64,000 nt of DNA from Ilyomonas sp. (GTDB lineage Bacteria > Bacteroidota > Bacteroidia > Chitinophagales > Chitinophagaceae). The stretch lies in contig OZ244776.1 in NCBI GenBank assembly GCA_965219515.1, forward strand, positions 891,224 through 955,223. Direction: 5' to 3'. The position numbers were made by a program, and so were the translations under genes. The first letter of the stretch is position 1. Each line of letters opens with the position of its first letter. Below, in pieces: positions 39,586-49,038 of the stretch. Under the pieces are notes generated by a model. It had not been told where the DNA came from. It was given only the letters and a program-made list of their open reading frames with translations, and searched no databases.

Positions 39586-40698
39586 TTAGTTTTGATTTAT
39601 ATTTTGCTTTAAAATGCGGGACATGTTTTTTTCAAATTTATCTAAGGTAAACAATTCAAAAAACCGCTTTTTTCCCGCTTCACCCATGTTTAACCGTAGC
39701 ACCGGATTATTTATAAGTAACGCCAGTTTTTCTGTTAATGCTGTCACATTTTGTTGGGGAATCAGAAAGCCGGTTTCGCCATCAATAACAATATCCCGGA
39801 TGCCTCCTTCCGGCGTTGACACAACCGGCAATCCGTTTTGCATCGCTTCCAGGTTTACCAACCCGAATGTATCGTAACATGTAGGAAAGGCAAACACATC
39901 CGACTGTTCGTAAAACTTTTGTTTTTCTTCGTTGTATTTAGGACCGTGCGCAAACACTATATCAGTCAGTTTTTTATTCTTTATCGCATTTCTAAATTCT
40001 TCTTCCGGAACATCAGACCAGCCTCCCACAAAATGACATTCAAAGCATAGTTCCTTTGCTTTCAGTTTCTCACAAGCATCAAGTAATATAAAAATGCCTT
40101 TTTCGCGAATCATGTTTGAAAGAAAAAGCAGTTGGCAGGGTTTATTGTCATCTTTAACAAATAAATTGGTTGGTTTAATGTTTATTGTATTTACCGGAAT
40201 CCCAAACATACAATAAAAAACATTTTTTTCGTCAACATATTTTTTAATATCATAATACAAATATCGTGATGCCAATATGCTTTTCGTATTTTTAAATATA
40301 TATTTATAAAGCGAATCAGTCAGCCGGCTTTTCGTATGGCTGACACCTTTATTATGAAAATGATAAATGATGTTTTTGTTGCGTCTTTTTATAAGTGATA
40401 CAAGAAAGGCATCTTTATAAAAACCAGCACCCGAAGCCGTTAGCGTCATATAACACAAGTCATATTTTTTTCGGCGTATTGCTTTTAGCGTCCTGCTTAC
40501 AATCTGCGAGAAGGTTACAATTTTTTTAAAACTGCCTTTGCCAGATTCGTTTAAAACCCTGTTGGTAGCCAGATCAATGTAATCGGTATCAAATTCGGAA
40601 TTGATAACGTCGCTTTGTTTAATATATCTGCCCGCCATGGCAGCGCCATGCATGGGAGGCGGAAGATGTAAAATAAAAAGCACGCTTGGTTTCTTCAT
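39586..40698 (-). CDS. GT4 (GT-B) glycosyltransferase
   Basis: 370 aa. The C-terminal FAFPTCYDTFGLVNLEAMQNGLPVVSTPEGGIRDIV is the EX7E retaining GT4 motif. Confidence 0.85.
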   Translation of the reverse strand: MKKPSVLFILHLPPPMHGAAMAGRYIKQSDVINSEFDTDYIDLATNRVLNESGKGSFKKIVTFSQIVSRTLKAIRRKKYDLCYMTLTASGAGFYKDAFLVSLIKRRNKNIIYHFHNKGVSHTKSRLTDSLYKYIFKNTKSILASRYLYYDIKKYVDEKNVFYCMFGIPVNTINIKPTNLFVKDDNKPCQLLFLSNMIREKGIFILLDACEKLKAKELCFECHFVGGWSDVPEEEFRNAIKNKKLTDIVFAHGPKYNEEKQKFYEQSDVFAFPTCYDTFGLVNLEAMQNGLPVVSTPEGGIRDIVIDGETGFLIPQQNVTALTEKLALLINNPVLRLNMGEAGKKRFFELFTLDKFEKNMSRILKQNINQN

Positions 40699-40797
40699 TC
40701 CCCTATAAAATTTATTTTGAAAGATTTAGTGAAGTGATGTATGTTTTGGTTTACAAAATTGGTTTTAATTGACAGAAAAGCACAATAATTTTGCCAT

Positions 40798-41904
40798 TTA
40801 TGATAAAGCAAATTGCACCGATTCTAAAATTCCCTCAGCCGCTTGTTGATGGTTGTAAGGCTGAACCATCTGAACTGCATTGGCTGAGAATGCCGATAAC
40901 AAATCTCTGTTGCTAAGTACACGAAATGTATAATCTGTCCAAACATCGGTTTCAAGCGGCAATATGAATCCGTTTTTGTTATGAATAATTAAATCGTGGG
41001 CAACGCCTGCATTTTCGCAGGTTATCACCGGTGTTCCGGCTGCACAAGCTTCATTGCCAACCACGCCCCAGGGATCGTTAAGCGAAGGAAACAAAAACAG
41101 TTTTGCTTTTGAATAAAAAGAAGGCAAGGTTTTTTGATCGAGATAACCTGCGTAATGATAATCAACTTTGTTTTTGTCAAGCTCTTCCAGCATCTGCCTG
41201 CGCTGACTGCCTTCACCAACAATTAAGGCTTTAAAACCAGGAATTTTTTTATGCAGCTTTTTTGCGATTTCAACAAAAAACATAGGCATTTTTCTTTCCA
41301 CAATCTGCCCTGAAAACATGATATGAAACTCTCTGCTTTCAACAGGCAGCGGCGTGAATCTGGAATTGTCTATACACAAACAGCTTTTAAACATTTTGCT
41401 TTCATCCACGCCATAGCTTTTATACAAATCGAAGCCGCCTTTACCGGGTGCGGCAAAAGCATTTGTTCTTTTAAAAACCAGCTTTCGGAGCAGCTTTTGC
41501 ACAATAGAAAAATCATGCTCAGAAATATAAGTGCCATCGTTATAAACAACTAATTTTTTATGCTTGCTCATGCACCATATTACGCCATAAAGCATTGTAG
41601 GTTTAAAAGCCGTAATGATTAAAACATCGGGGTTTAATTTGTTCAGCAGTTTCCAAACTTCGGGGTTGTTTGGGCGAAAATGGTCAATGGTATCAGACAG
41701 AAAATATTGTTCATAATTTCCATGCTCTATTTTCCAGATTCTGTCAGGTTCAAGTTTGGCGCAATAGATAACGGAATAATTTGAATTTTGTTCGTAAATC
41801 AGTTCATGCATCCGTTCGCGGTAAGGCCCGGGAACCTGCGTTAAATACACAACACGAGGCGATTTTTTTGTCATTGCTACGTCAGATTTTAAATCAAGCA
41901 TCAT
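40798..41904 (-). CDS. GT4 (GT-B) glycosyltransferase
   Basis: LFLFPSLNDPWGVVGNEACAAGTPVITCENAGVAHDLI is a GT4-type motif. The start ATG overlaps the upstream stop (ATGA). An alternative start exists at 41874. Confidence 0.8.
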   Translation of the reverse strand: MMLDLKSDVAMTKKSPRVVYLTQVPGPYRERMHELIYEQNSNYSVIYCAKLEPDRIWKIEHGNYEQYFLSDTIDHFRPNNPEVWKLLNKLNPDVLIITAFKPTMLYGVIWCMSKHKKLVVYNDGTYISEHDFSIVQKLLRKLVFKRTNAFAAPGKGGFDLYKSYGVDESKMFKSCLCIDNSRFTPLPVESREFHIMFSGQIVERKMPMFFVEIAKKLHKKIPGFKALIVGEGSQRRQMLEELDKNKVDYHYAGYLDQKTLPSFYSKAKLFLFPSLNDPWGVVGNEACAAGTPVITCENAGVAHDLIIHNKNGFILPLETDVWTDYTFRVLSNRDLLSAFSANAVQMVQPYNHQQAAEGILESVQFALS

Positions 41905-42752
41905 CTTTTCAGCTTATCCCACAAAAAAGGAAATAATGTTTTCAGCCACAACTTGCCAAACGATTCTGCATAATGAGACGGAAAATGTTTTTTTATAAAA
42001 TGCAGGTACTCTTTATATGCCAGTCCTTTCGGGCTATGCAGATATGCAATACGCTCTTTCAAACTGGTATTCTGCGGCTTCCAGCTATTCCCATGATCGT
42101 CGAGGCAGGTGCCGAGAATACCCGGTGCAACCACAACAGCAAATCCGTTTTTCTTCGCCGTAAGCGTGTAATCGTAATCAGCAATGCCATGCGTATATTC
42201 GTCAGATAATATCCCTATTTTGTTTACAACATTGTGCGGCACCAACATAATATTTGCGTTACCCAAATCGCATTCAGTAATGCTTTCATTATTTTCTATC
42301 AGGTAAGAATGTATTTTTTTATCCGAAAAAAGTTTTCTGCCACCATAGCTTGTTTTATTGGTAACATTATCTTTTGTGCTTCCGATGCAAATGGCAGGTT
42401 TAGAAAATTGATAAACAGCCGTTTTATAAGCCGATAGTAAAACGCTTAGCGCATCGGTTGTAAGCAACGTATCATCGTTTATCAACAAATAAAAATCGGG
42501 ATCGGCTTTCTTCGCTTCCTGCCATGATTTTCGCATGCCGCCGGCCCAATACAGAGAGCCGCTGCCATGATAAATATGAATGTGAGGAAAAGCTTCCGCT
42601 ACCGCTTTCGGAGTGCCGTCTTTTGAGCCGTCATCCGTGAGGTAAAAACTCAGTTCGGTATCATCTGGTAATTGTTGCTTATGTAACTGCGCCAGACAGC
42701 TAAGCGTTTTTTCTTTTCGGTTGAAAGTTGTTATCAGAATGGCTATTTGCAT
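41901..42752 (-). CDS. GT2 (GT-A) glycosyltransferase
   Basis: MQIAILITTFNRKEKT...YLTDDGSKDGT...LINDDT shows the typical GT2 DxD organisation. Confidence 0.85.
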   Translation of the reverse strand: MQIAILITTFNRKEKTLSCLAQLHKQQLPDDTELSFYLTDDGSKDGTPKAVAEAFPHIHIYHGSGSLYWAGGMRKSWQEAKKADPDFYLLINDDTLLTTDALSVLLSAYKTAVYQFSKPAICIGSTKDNVTNKTSYGGRKLFSDKKIHSYLIENNESITECDLGNANIMLVPHNVVNKIGILSDEYTHGIADYDYTLTAKKNGFAVVVAPGILGTCLDDHGNSWKPQNTSLKERIAYLHSPKGLAYKEYLHFIKKHFPSHYAESFGKLWLKTLFPFLWDKLKR

Positions 42753-42779
42753 AATTAAAATCGAAAAATCAGGATCAGT

Positions 42780-44312
42780 TTAGTTTGGTAAATCATTCGT
42801 TTCTGTTGCCGTTTCAGCTTGCCGCAGCATCCAGGTCAGAGAAATATAAAAAGCCAGCAGCAACATAATCAGCGTGAAATAATTAATATCACGTATGAGT
42901 TGTATTTTAAACTGATTGACTAACAAAAATGAAAAAAGCAGGTTGCATCCTAATAAAATATCAGTGGTGTAATGATTTTTTCTACGAATTTTCCAGTACG
43001 TTTTCCAGCCGGTTACCAGTGAGTAAACAAACAGATACATCATACAAAAAAAACCGATGGGTCCCCACATTACAAAGCTGCTCATATAAAGATTATGATA
43101 ATCGGCAATGTTATCGGGCATATCGCCTTTTTTAAAATGCGCAAGCCGGTATTCATCCGGCGAAACAAAATATCCCCTGCCGATAATGCTGTTTGTTTTT
43201 TTTACCTGCTGCATGGCATACGGAAACAAGCCGCCCCGGTTCATCTGATCTCCGTTTAATAAACCTTCAAGCGTAAAATGATCCATATCAACAGAACCTT
43301 CGCTTCTTTCTTCGAACACGCCAAGGTCTATAAATTCATAAGCATTATTCAGAAAAAACAGGCCGGTAACAACAATTGCAAAAGAAACAATCAGTTTGGC
43401 ATTTAATCGCTTGCCAAGTGCAAGGCAGGCAAATACAACTACCGCCGGCAACAGGAGCATGGAAGAGCGTGTGCCGGAATAGACCATTGCCATAGAAGAA
43501 AGAAGAATAGTTAGAATGCTGAAATAATAGAAAAATTTACTTTTTCGCAAAGAGCTTCCGCTAAGGATACCCGGCAAAAGCAAAGCGATAATCGACACGC
43601 AAAACTCGGCAAACGCTTCAAAATTGTTGAATGTAGAAACGCTTCTTACAATGCCAAGCTCAAATTCTATTGTATCGTCTGTTTTAGGGAAAAAAGCAAA
43701 CGGAGAATCGTACAGCTCATATTTCTGGTTAAATGCCACCAGAAATTCGTAGCATGAAAAAACAGAAAGCGCAATCACAAATTTATAAACGTCATTTTCG
43801 GTGAAGGTAATTTTGGATACAAAAAAGAACAAAAACATCATCATGCAAAAAGCAAAATAATTTTGCAGTTCAACAAACAGCGGAAAATAATTACCGCCCG
43901 TTACACTTAGCAAGTCAATAACGCACCAGACATAAAATGCCGTTTTTATCGAACCATCTAATACAGAAGCACGCAGAAAAGTTGTTTTTCCATTAATAAT
44001 TACATACAATACTACTGAGGCAAAAGCAGCAATGTTGCAGTTTCCGCCCAGTTTATTTCCAAATACAAAAAAATTACCAATACAAAGCTGAATAAAAAAT
44101 GAAACCGGGTCTTGCCGATGAAGGCTATAATAAAATAAGCCCGCCATGATGCCCAAAGCCGCCGCATTCACAGGCGGCGAATAAGTGGAATACGTAAACG
44201 AGCCGCAAACAATAAAAGCGCTTACGCTAAAAAACAGTTGCCAGGCCGACGTCTTTTGTTCTTCTTTTTCTTCCGTAATATCAGCAGATATGGTATTGGC
44301 TAAAGATTGCAT
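42780..44312 (-). CDS. wzy: Wzy-type polymerase / O-antigen ligase family membrane protein
   Basis: 510 aa with >10 TM helices and a central loop containing SGTRSSMLLLP, characteristic of Wzy_C/O-antigen ligase-like proteins. Located inside the glycosyltransferase block. Confidence 0.65.
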   Translation of the reverse strand: MQSLANTISADITEEKEEQKTSAWQLFFSVSAFIVCGSFTYSTYSPPVNAAALGIMAGLFYYSLHRQDPVSFFIQLCIGNFFVFGNKLGGNCNIAAFASVVLYVIINGKTTFLRASVLDGSIKTAFYVWCVIDLLSVTGGNYFPLFVELQNYFAFCMMMFLFFFVSKITFTENDVYKFVIALSVFSCYEFLVAFNQKYELYDSPFAFFPKTDDTIEFELGIVRSVSTFNNFEAFAEFCVSIIALLLPGILSGSSLRKSKFFYYFSILTILLSSMAMVYSGTRSSMLLLPAVVVFACLALGKRLNAKLIVSFAIVVTGLFFLNNAYEFIDLGVFEERSEGSVDMDHFTLEGLLNGDQMNRGGLFPYAMQQVKKTNSIIGRGYFVSPDEYRLAHFKKGDMPDNIADYHNLYMSSFVMWGPIGFFCMMYLFVYSLVTGWKTYWKIRRKNHYTTDILLGCNLLFSFLLVNQFKIQLIRDINYFTLIMLLLAFYISLTWMLRQAETATETNDLPN

Positions 44313-44345
44313 TCTGTTTGTAAAAATAAAGTACGGGTTTTATAT

Positions 44346-45596
44346 TTATTCTATTAATAGCGTGCTTTCATGCTCCGGTTGCAGGCATTTTTTATACAAA
44401 TGTAAAAATGCCGGTACCTGTGTTTCGGTTGAATATTTCCGGTGCGCTTCTGCCGCAATGGTTTTATTATCTAATATATCTATATTTTCAATGCAGGTAA
44501 GCAGGGCGTTTGCCAGTCCGGTTGCAGAAACCTCCTTAGACAAATATCCGTTTTTACCATTGCTGATTGTTTCGGTAAGACCACCGATGGCAAAGCCAAC
44601 GACCGGCGTTCCGCAACAAAGACTTTCGATCATTGAATTGGGCAGATTGTCTTCGCGGCTTGGAAGTAAAAAAATATCCGCTTCGTTATATAAATCACTC
44701 ATTTTTTGCTCGCCGTCAATGTTACCAATATAGGTAATCTGTGGTATTTGTGACGATTTTCGCACATATCCCACCGCTATAAAATTACATTTTTCGAGGA
44801 TAGCCGCGTTATGCAATATATCAAGAACAAAATCAAAACCTTTTCGGTAATTATGTAAACTTTCAGATACAAAAAGTATGTTGGTTTTTTTCTTGTGTTT
44901 GATTGCTTTATTCAGATTTAAAAATTTAAAAATTTTTGCATCAACGCCGTTTGGAATACAGTCATGCTGAAACCTGCCGAGAAGATCGGATTCTTTCGAT
45001 AATTGCTTCAGCCAATTCGATGGCGTTACAATACAAAGTCGCTCAGAACTAATATTGCCCAACGCATTTTTTTTAATTCTGATTTGCTCTTTATTTAAGT
45101 CAGACAAACTTTTTACGAAACGGTTTTCATCTCCTTTATAATGAAAGCCGCCCTGAAACGCGTTCATATCATGCAACGTCCAAACGACAGGTTTGTTTAT
45201 ATTTTTAAAAAAACTTTGGTAATCAAGAAAATTAGATATCCAGTGAAGGTGAATAATATCGGCACTTTTTACCAGATGATGTTCGTGCAATTGTACATAT
45301 TTCGTATTGGCAAAAGAAAACATTTCAAACTGATACTTATATTTTCTGATGGCATAATCATTTTTTTGCTCCAGCGTAAGCGGTAGTCCCATTTTCTTCA
45401 AAATCCGAAGAAAGAGTTGCCATAAATAAAATGATTTTCGGTATCTGATTACGTTATCTGACGGAATGCCTCGGTCGAGAAACAAAAATTTACTTTCGTG
45501 CCCCTGCCTTAGGAGTGCAGTATGGAGCCGCGTTGCTGCAATTCCCGCCCCGCCGCCCTGAAGCGTAGCAATATGTAAAATTTTTAATTTGGTCAT
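44346..45596 (-). CDS. GT4 (GT-B) glycosyltransferase
   Basis: ILHIATLQGGGAG N-terminus and FLLPSREDNLPNSMIESLCCGTPVVGFAIGGLTE EX7E-type motif. Confidence 0.8.
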   Translation of the reverse strand: MTKLKILHIATLQGGGAGIAATRLHTALLRQGHESKFLFLDRGIPSDNVIRYRKSFYLWQLFLRILKKMGLPLTLEQKNDYAIRKYKYQFEMFSFANTKYVQLHEHHLVKSADIIHLHWISNFLDYQSFFKNINKPVVWTLHDMNAFQGGFHYKGDENRFVKSLSDLNKEQIRIKKNALGNISSERLCIVTPSNWLKQLSKESDLLGRFQHDCIPNGVDAKIFKFLNLNKAIKHKKKTNILFVSESLHNYRKGFDFVLDILHNAAILEKCNFIAVGYVRKSSQIPQITYIGNIDGEQKMSDLYNEADIFLLPSREDNLPNSMIESLCCGTPVVGFAIGGLTETISNGKNGYLSKEVSATGLANALLTCIENIDILDNKTIAAEAHRKYSTETQVPAFLHLYKKCLQPEHESTLLIE

Positions 45597-45853
45597 GTTT
45601 AAAACGCTATATGCCGATGATCATCCAGTATTTGTGATATTCTGTTTTTTGCGGTTATCTGTAAATATGCTTTGTTTACTTTGCTTATCAGAAATTATCA
45701 AAACAATTTAATGTTATTTTAAAACAAGAAAACCTTATTTGTTTTGATTCTTTTCAATACATTCAGCTTTAATTGTACTTTATATTCAGTCGTAAATTTT
45801 TTTGTTGACAGATTCTTTTTTCAATGTGGCGACTCATTTTAAAATTTACATTT

Positions 45854-46783
45854 TTATTTTTTAAGAAAGGGAATTTTGTCTTCAATCCGATCATATAAAA
45901 TTTTAAGATCGCTGCGGTCCTGTAAAAAAAACTTTCTGCCATGATAAGCATCAAAACCATACTCCGGGTATAAGAATAACGGCACGCGAAGCGGACTTTG
46001 CAACTCGTGCCGCTCACGATTGTGGTTTGTAGTTTCTTCCTGAGTGTGCATTCCATCTGTTCCTATATTAGTAACCAAATTTTTTACGACATTGATGCTA
46101 AGTCCGTTATTTTTAAACATGGCATACTGCCATTGATAGTCCCATGTATGTTTTTTTTGTGCCTGATAAATATTATTAAAAAATAAAGTCCACCGTTTTA
46201 TTAAGGCAGCATCATCGCAAAAAATTATATTCAGAATTTTTTTCTCCTGAAACTGCTGCCAGTCTTTCATCGTAAAGTCATAAAGTTGCCAGGCGCGTTT
46301 CCATGTAGCCCAACCCCAGATATGACCATAAATGGTATAGAAAAAATCAGAATCATTGATCGGAAATTCTTCATTCCACCGCGTTCCGGCAATGTGCATG
46401 ATGCGCGGATTGCTGGCGTATCTGTTAAGCATTTCGTTGCAAAAGCCGAAAAATGATGATGAAGGCAGGCAGTCATCTTCTAAAATAATAAGCTTTTCCT
46501 CTGTTTCAAAAGCCCAGCTAATAGCTCCCGACACACCGGCTCCGCAACCTTGGTTTTCATCCATAAAACGCGTTTCTAACCGGCAATCCCAATCAACTTG
46601 TTCCGTCAGCTTTCTGTTTTCCAAAATTTTTATCCGGTCATCTTCAAAATTTTTTTCCCGGGCGCCGTCTGAAAAAAAATAAAACTTTTTCGGCTTTGCT
46701 TTTTTAATGGTTTCAAACACCACGCGTGTGGTATCAGTACGATTAAAAGTGATAAATAAAATGGCTGCTTCCTTTTGTTCCAT
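45854..46783 (-). CDS. GT-A fold nucleotide-sugar transferase (EDD motif)
   Basis: AILFITFNRTDTT...LIILEDDCLPS...IWGWATWKRAW resembles the GnT-I-like/GT2-like bacterial family often annotated HlpA-like. Confidence 0.65.
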   Translation of the reverse strand: MEQKEAAILFITFNRTDTTRVVFETIKKAKPKKFYFFSDGAREKNFEDDRIKILENRKLTEQVDWDCRLETRFMDENQGCGAGVSGAISWAFETEEKLIILEDDCLPSSSFFGFCNEMLNRYASNPRIMHIAGTRWNEEFPINDSDFFYTIYGHIWGWATWKRAWQLYDFTMKDWQQFQEKKILNIIFCDDAALIKRWTLFFNNIYQAQKKHTWDYQWQYAMFKNNGLSINVVKNLVTNIGTDGMHTQEETTNHNRERHELQSPLRVPLFLYPEYGFDAYHGRKFFLQDRSDLKILYDRIEDKIPFLKK

Positions 46784-46787
46784 ACAA

Positions 46788-48095
46788 TCACAAGATGGTT
46801 TGATTTTCTGCCTCTTTTTTAAATTTACGGATCACAAAAAAAGCCTGCAGACAAATAAGAAAAAAATAGGTAAGAACCGTAGCATAGGCTACGCCGGTTT
46901 GTTCATAAAATTTTGCGGCTCCTGTATAAACCGCAATGCAGAAAACAGCAGAGATGGCATTGATTAACAGGCTTTTTTTTGTTTCGTGCAACGCATTTAT
47001 AACCGCATCAAAAACCGAGAACACAATCATCAGGCAACTGGTAACGGCAATAATATTGGAATACTTTAATGCGCCGTTGTATTTGCCCGCCGTAAGATAA
47101 TTAATAAGCATAGGAGAGAAGAGCCAGAAACCAACCAGACTTATAACAATAATCATAAGCAGCAGAAAGCTGATTTTTTTTAAGGCTTTCATGTTTTTAA
47201 GAACAGCGTTTTTGTATATATCCGGCTCAAAGGTTTGATAGAAAGGAAACAAAGCGGTATATAAATAAGTTGCAATGCCTTTGCCAATATTATATAAACC
47301 CATTTCGCCGGGCTGGTGCAACCGTTCCAGCACGATATTATCGTAGCTTAACAACGGCAGGTAAAGAAAAGAAGCCGGAAATAATGGTAACACTAATCTA
47401 AACGCTTTTCTTATTATCTCTTTTCTTATCACCAGCGTTTGATCTTTAAAAATGTGAATTAAAGAGACGACGAAAAATAATATTTCTGTAATCAGGATGC
47501 CTATCATTCTGCCATACAAACCCATTTTGGCATACACCACAAAATAGAGAGAAACAAATATTGTTAACACACGATAGCCTGTCACAAAAATAAAATATAA
47601 AAACGCCTTTTGTCCCAGACGATAATTAGCCTGTACAAAGCCTTTATACGTTGCTAAAGCAGCCGCACCAAACGTAACGATAGCAAATGGAAAAAAAGGA
47701 ACATTTGAATTGGAATAATTCATGTACAAATAAACGCCTACACAGGAAACCGGATAGAAAATAAGATTCCATAATAAATTAAATAAAACCAAAGATGTTA
47801 AAACACTTTTTCTTTCCTTTTCATCTACCTTAAAAAAAACTGACATGTGGTACGTCTGAAAAAGTAACCCATAAAAACAGGTAAGAAACGTTGCTACGGA
47901 ATTGTAATAACCAAAATATCCGAATTCTTCCTGCGTTAAGTAACGGGCGAAAATAGGAGAAGTAAAAACCGATATTCCAAAGCTAATAATTGGAACCAGT
48001 AAGTAAAGACCGGTGTTCTTGATTTTACCAATGAAATCTTCCCGTTTAAGTGAAAATTTTTTTAGTATTTTTTGATTTAATTCAACAATCTGCAT
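46788..48095 (-). CDS. wzx: Wzx-type oligosaccharide flippase (MOP superfamily)
   Basis: 435 aa with ~12 TM helices and no soluble domain. Sits at the canonical position in a Wzy-dependent locus. Confidence 0.75.
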   Translation of the reverse strand: MQIVELNQKILKKFSLKREDFIGKIKNTGLYLLVPIISFGISVFTSPIFARYLTQEEFGYFGYYNSVATFLTCFYGLLFQTYHMSVFFKVDEKERKSVLTSLVLFNLLWNLIFYPVSCVGVYLYMNYSNSNVPFFPFAIVTFGAAALATYKGFVQANYRLGQKAFLYFIFVTGYRVLTIFVSLYFVVYAKMGLYGRMIGILITEILFFVVSLIHIFKDQTLVIRKEIIRKAFRLVLPLFPASFLYLPLLSYDNIVLERLHQPGEMGLYNIGKGIATYLYTALFPFYQTFEPDIYKNAVLKNMKALKKISFLLLMIIVISLVGFWLFSPMLINYLTAGKYNGALKYSNIIAVTSCLMIVFSVFDAVINALHETKKSLLINAISAVFCIAVYTGAAKFYEQTGVAYATVLTYFFLICLQAFFVIRKFKKEAENQTIL

Positions 48096-48133
48096 AAGCG
48101 GTTTGTAAGCGTCGGTTGTTCATAACACGTTTA

Positions 48134-48970
48134 TTATCCTGATACAATCTGCAAAGGTATGTTTCCAATTATGGCAGCCCTTTCAGAAAAGCTGCTTCTG
48201 TAAGAACCAAAAATGATTTTGCATTGGCTTAGGCAACATAAATCCGTGAGAGCAGATATGATCCCTTCTTTTGAATCTCTTTCGCGTACCGAAACGCCTG
48301 TGATAATTTTTTCTTTAAATATATCTCTTAATTGATGTACTACCTCTTCCGAATCGGTTGACAAATAAAACTTATTGGAAGGCGATATTTCTATACACGT
48401 TTTTATTTGTTCAACAAACTTTTCAATAGGAGAGTTTTGTATTGAATCTGTATTATCGGTTCGTCTGATGTGAATGCCAATGATAGAAGAATACTGCTTC
48501 AACAATTTTACTGCTTTCTTCTGAATATATTCCTGTATGGTAAGTTTGTGCGAGAAGGTATTGGAATAAAACGCAAAACAAGTTTCAATATAAATCCCTT
48601 TATTTAATCCGGAAAGTTCGTTAAAGAAAGAATTGCTTTGTTCATTAGCCTGCTCATTGATAAGTATGGATTCTATTTCGGAGTCATATAAGTTTTTTTT
48701 AGCAAAAAAAGATACAGCCAGCCAACCAGCAATATCAAAAAATTTTCGTTTGATTTTGGAAACGACGGAAAAGCCATTATAATCTGTTTCAATTATTTTT
48801 ACACCATTAACTGCAACGAAACATTCGGAAAATCTGGCGTTTAAAAAGCCGTTTCTTTCCCAAATAATAAATAATCGCGCTTCAAAGCTTTTTGCATAGC
48901 TGTAAGCAGATTCTACTACCCTAATCCGGTTTGCCAGTCCGCCAACAGGTTTAACTATTAAATATTTCAC
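48134..48970 (-). CDS. fucosyltransferase-superfamily-like glycosyltransferase (GT11/GT23/GT65-type motifs)
   Basis: Start KPVGGLANRI (compare GGLGNQ), GIHIRRTDN (compare the HxRRGD motif I), and C-terminal GSYRSSFSERAAIIG (compare SNSTFSWWAA). Confidence 0.5.
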   Translation of the reverse strand: MKYLIVKPVGGLANRIRVVESAYSYAKSFEARLFIIWERNGFLNARFSECFVAVNGVKIIETDYNGFSVVSKIKRKFFDIAGWLAVSFFAKKNLYDSEIESILINEQANEQSNSFFNELSGLNKGIYIETCFAFYSNTFSHKLTIQEYIQKKAVKLLKQYSSIIGIHIRRTDNTDSIQNSPIEKFVEQIKTCIEISPSNKFYLSTDSEEVVHQLRDIFKEKIITGVSVRERDSKEGIISALTDLCCLSQCKIIFGSYRSSFSERAAIIGNIPLQIVSG

Positions 48971-49038
48971 GTGAGCCGTAATACTGAATTTTACAAATTA
49001 TGAAAAGAAATGCGTGTCTGACGCATCACAAATCATCT

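Noticed and set aside
45597-46056. 257-bp gap inside the operon, plus the 95-aa ORF 45769..46056.
   Set aside because: The ORF overlaps the 3' end of the GT-A gene out of frame and has no plausible start context. The gap may hold an internal promoter, but I found no motif to support a call.
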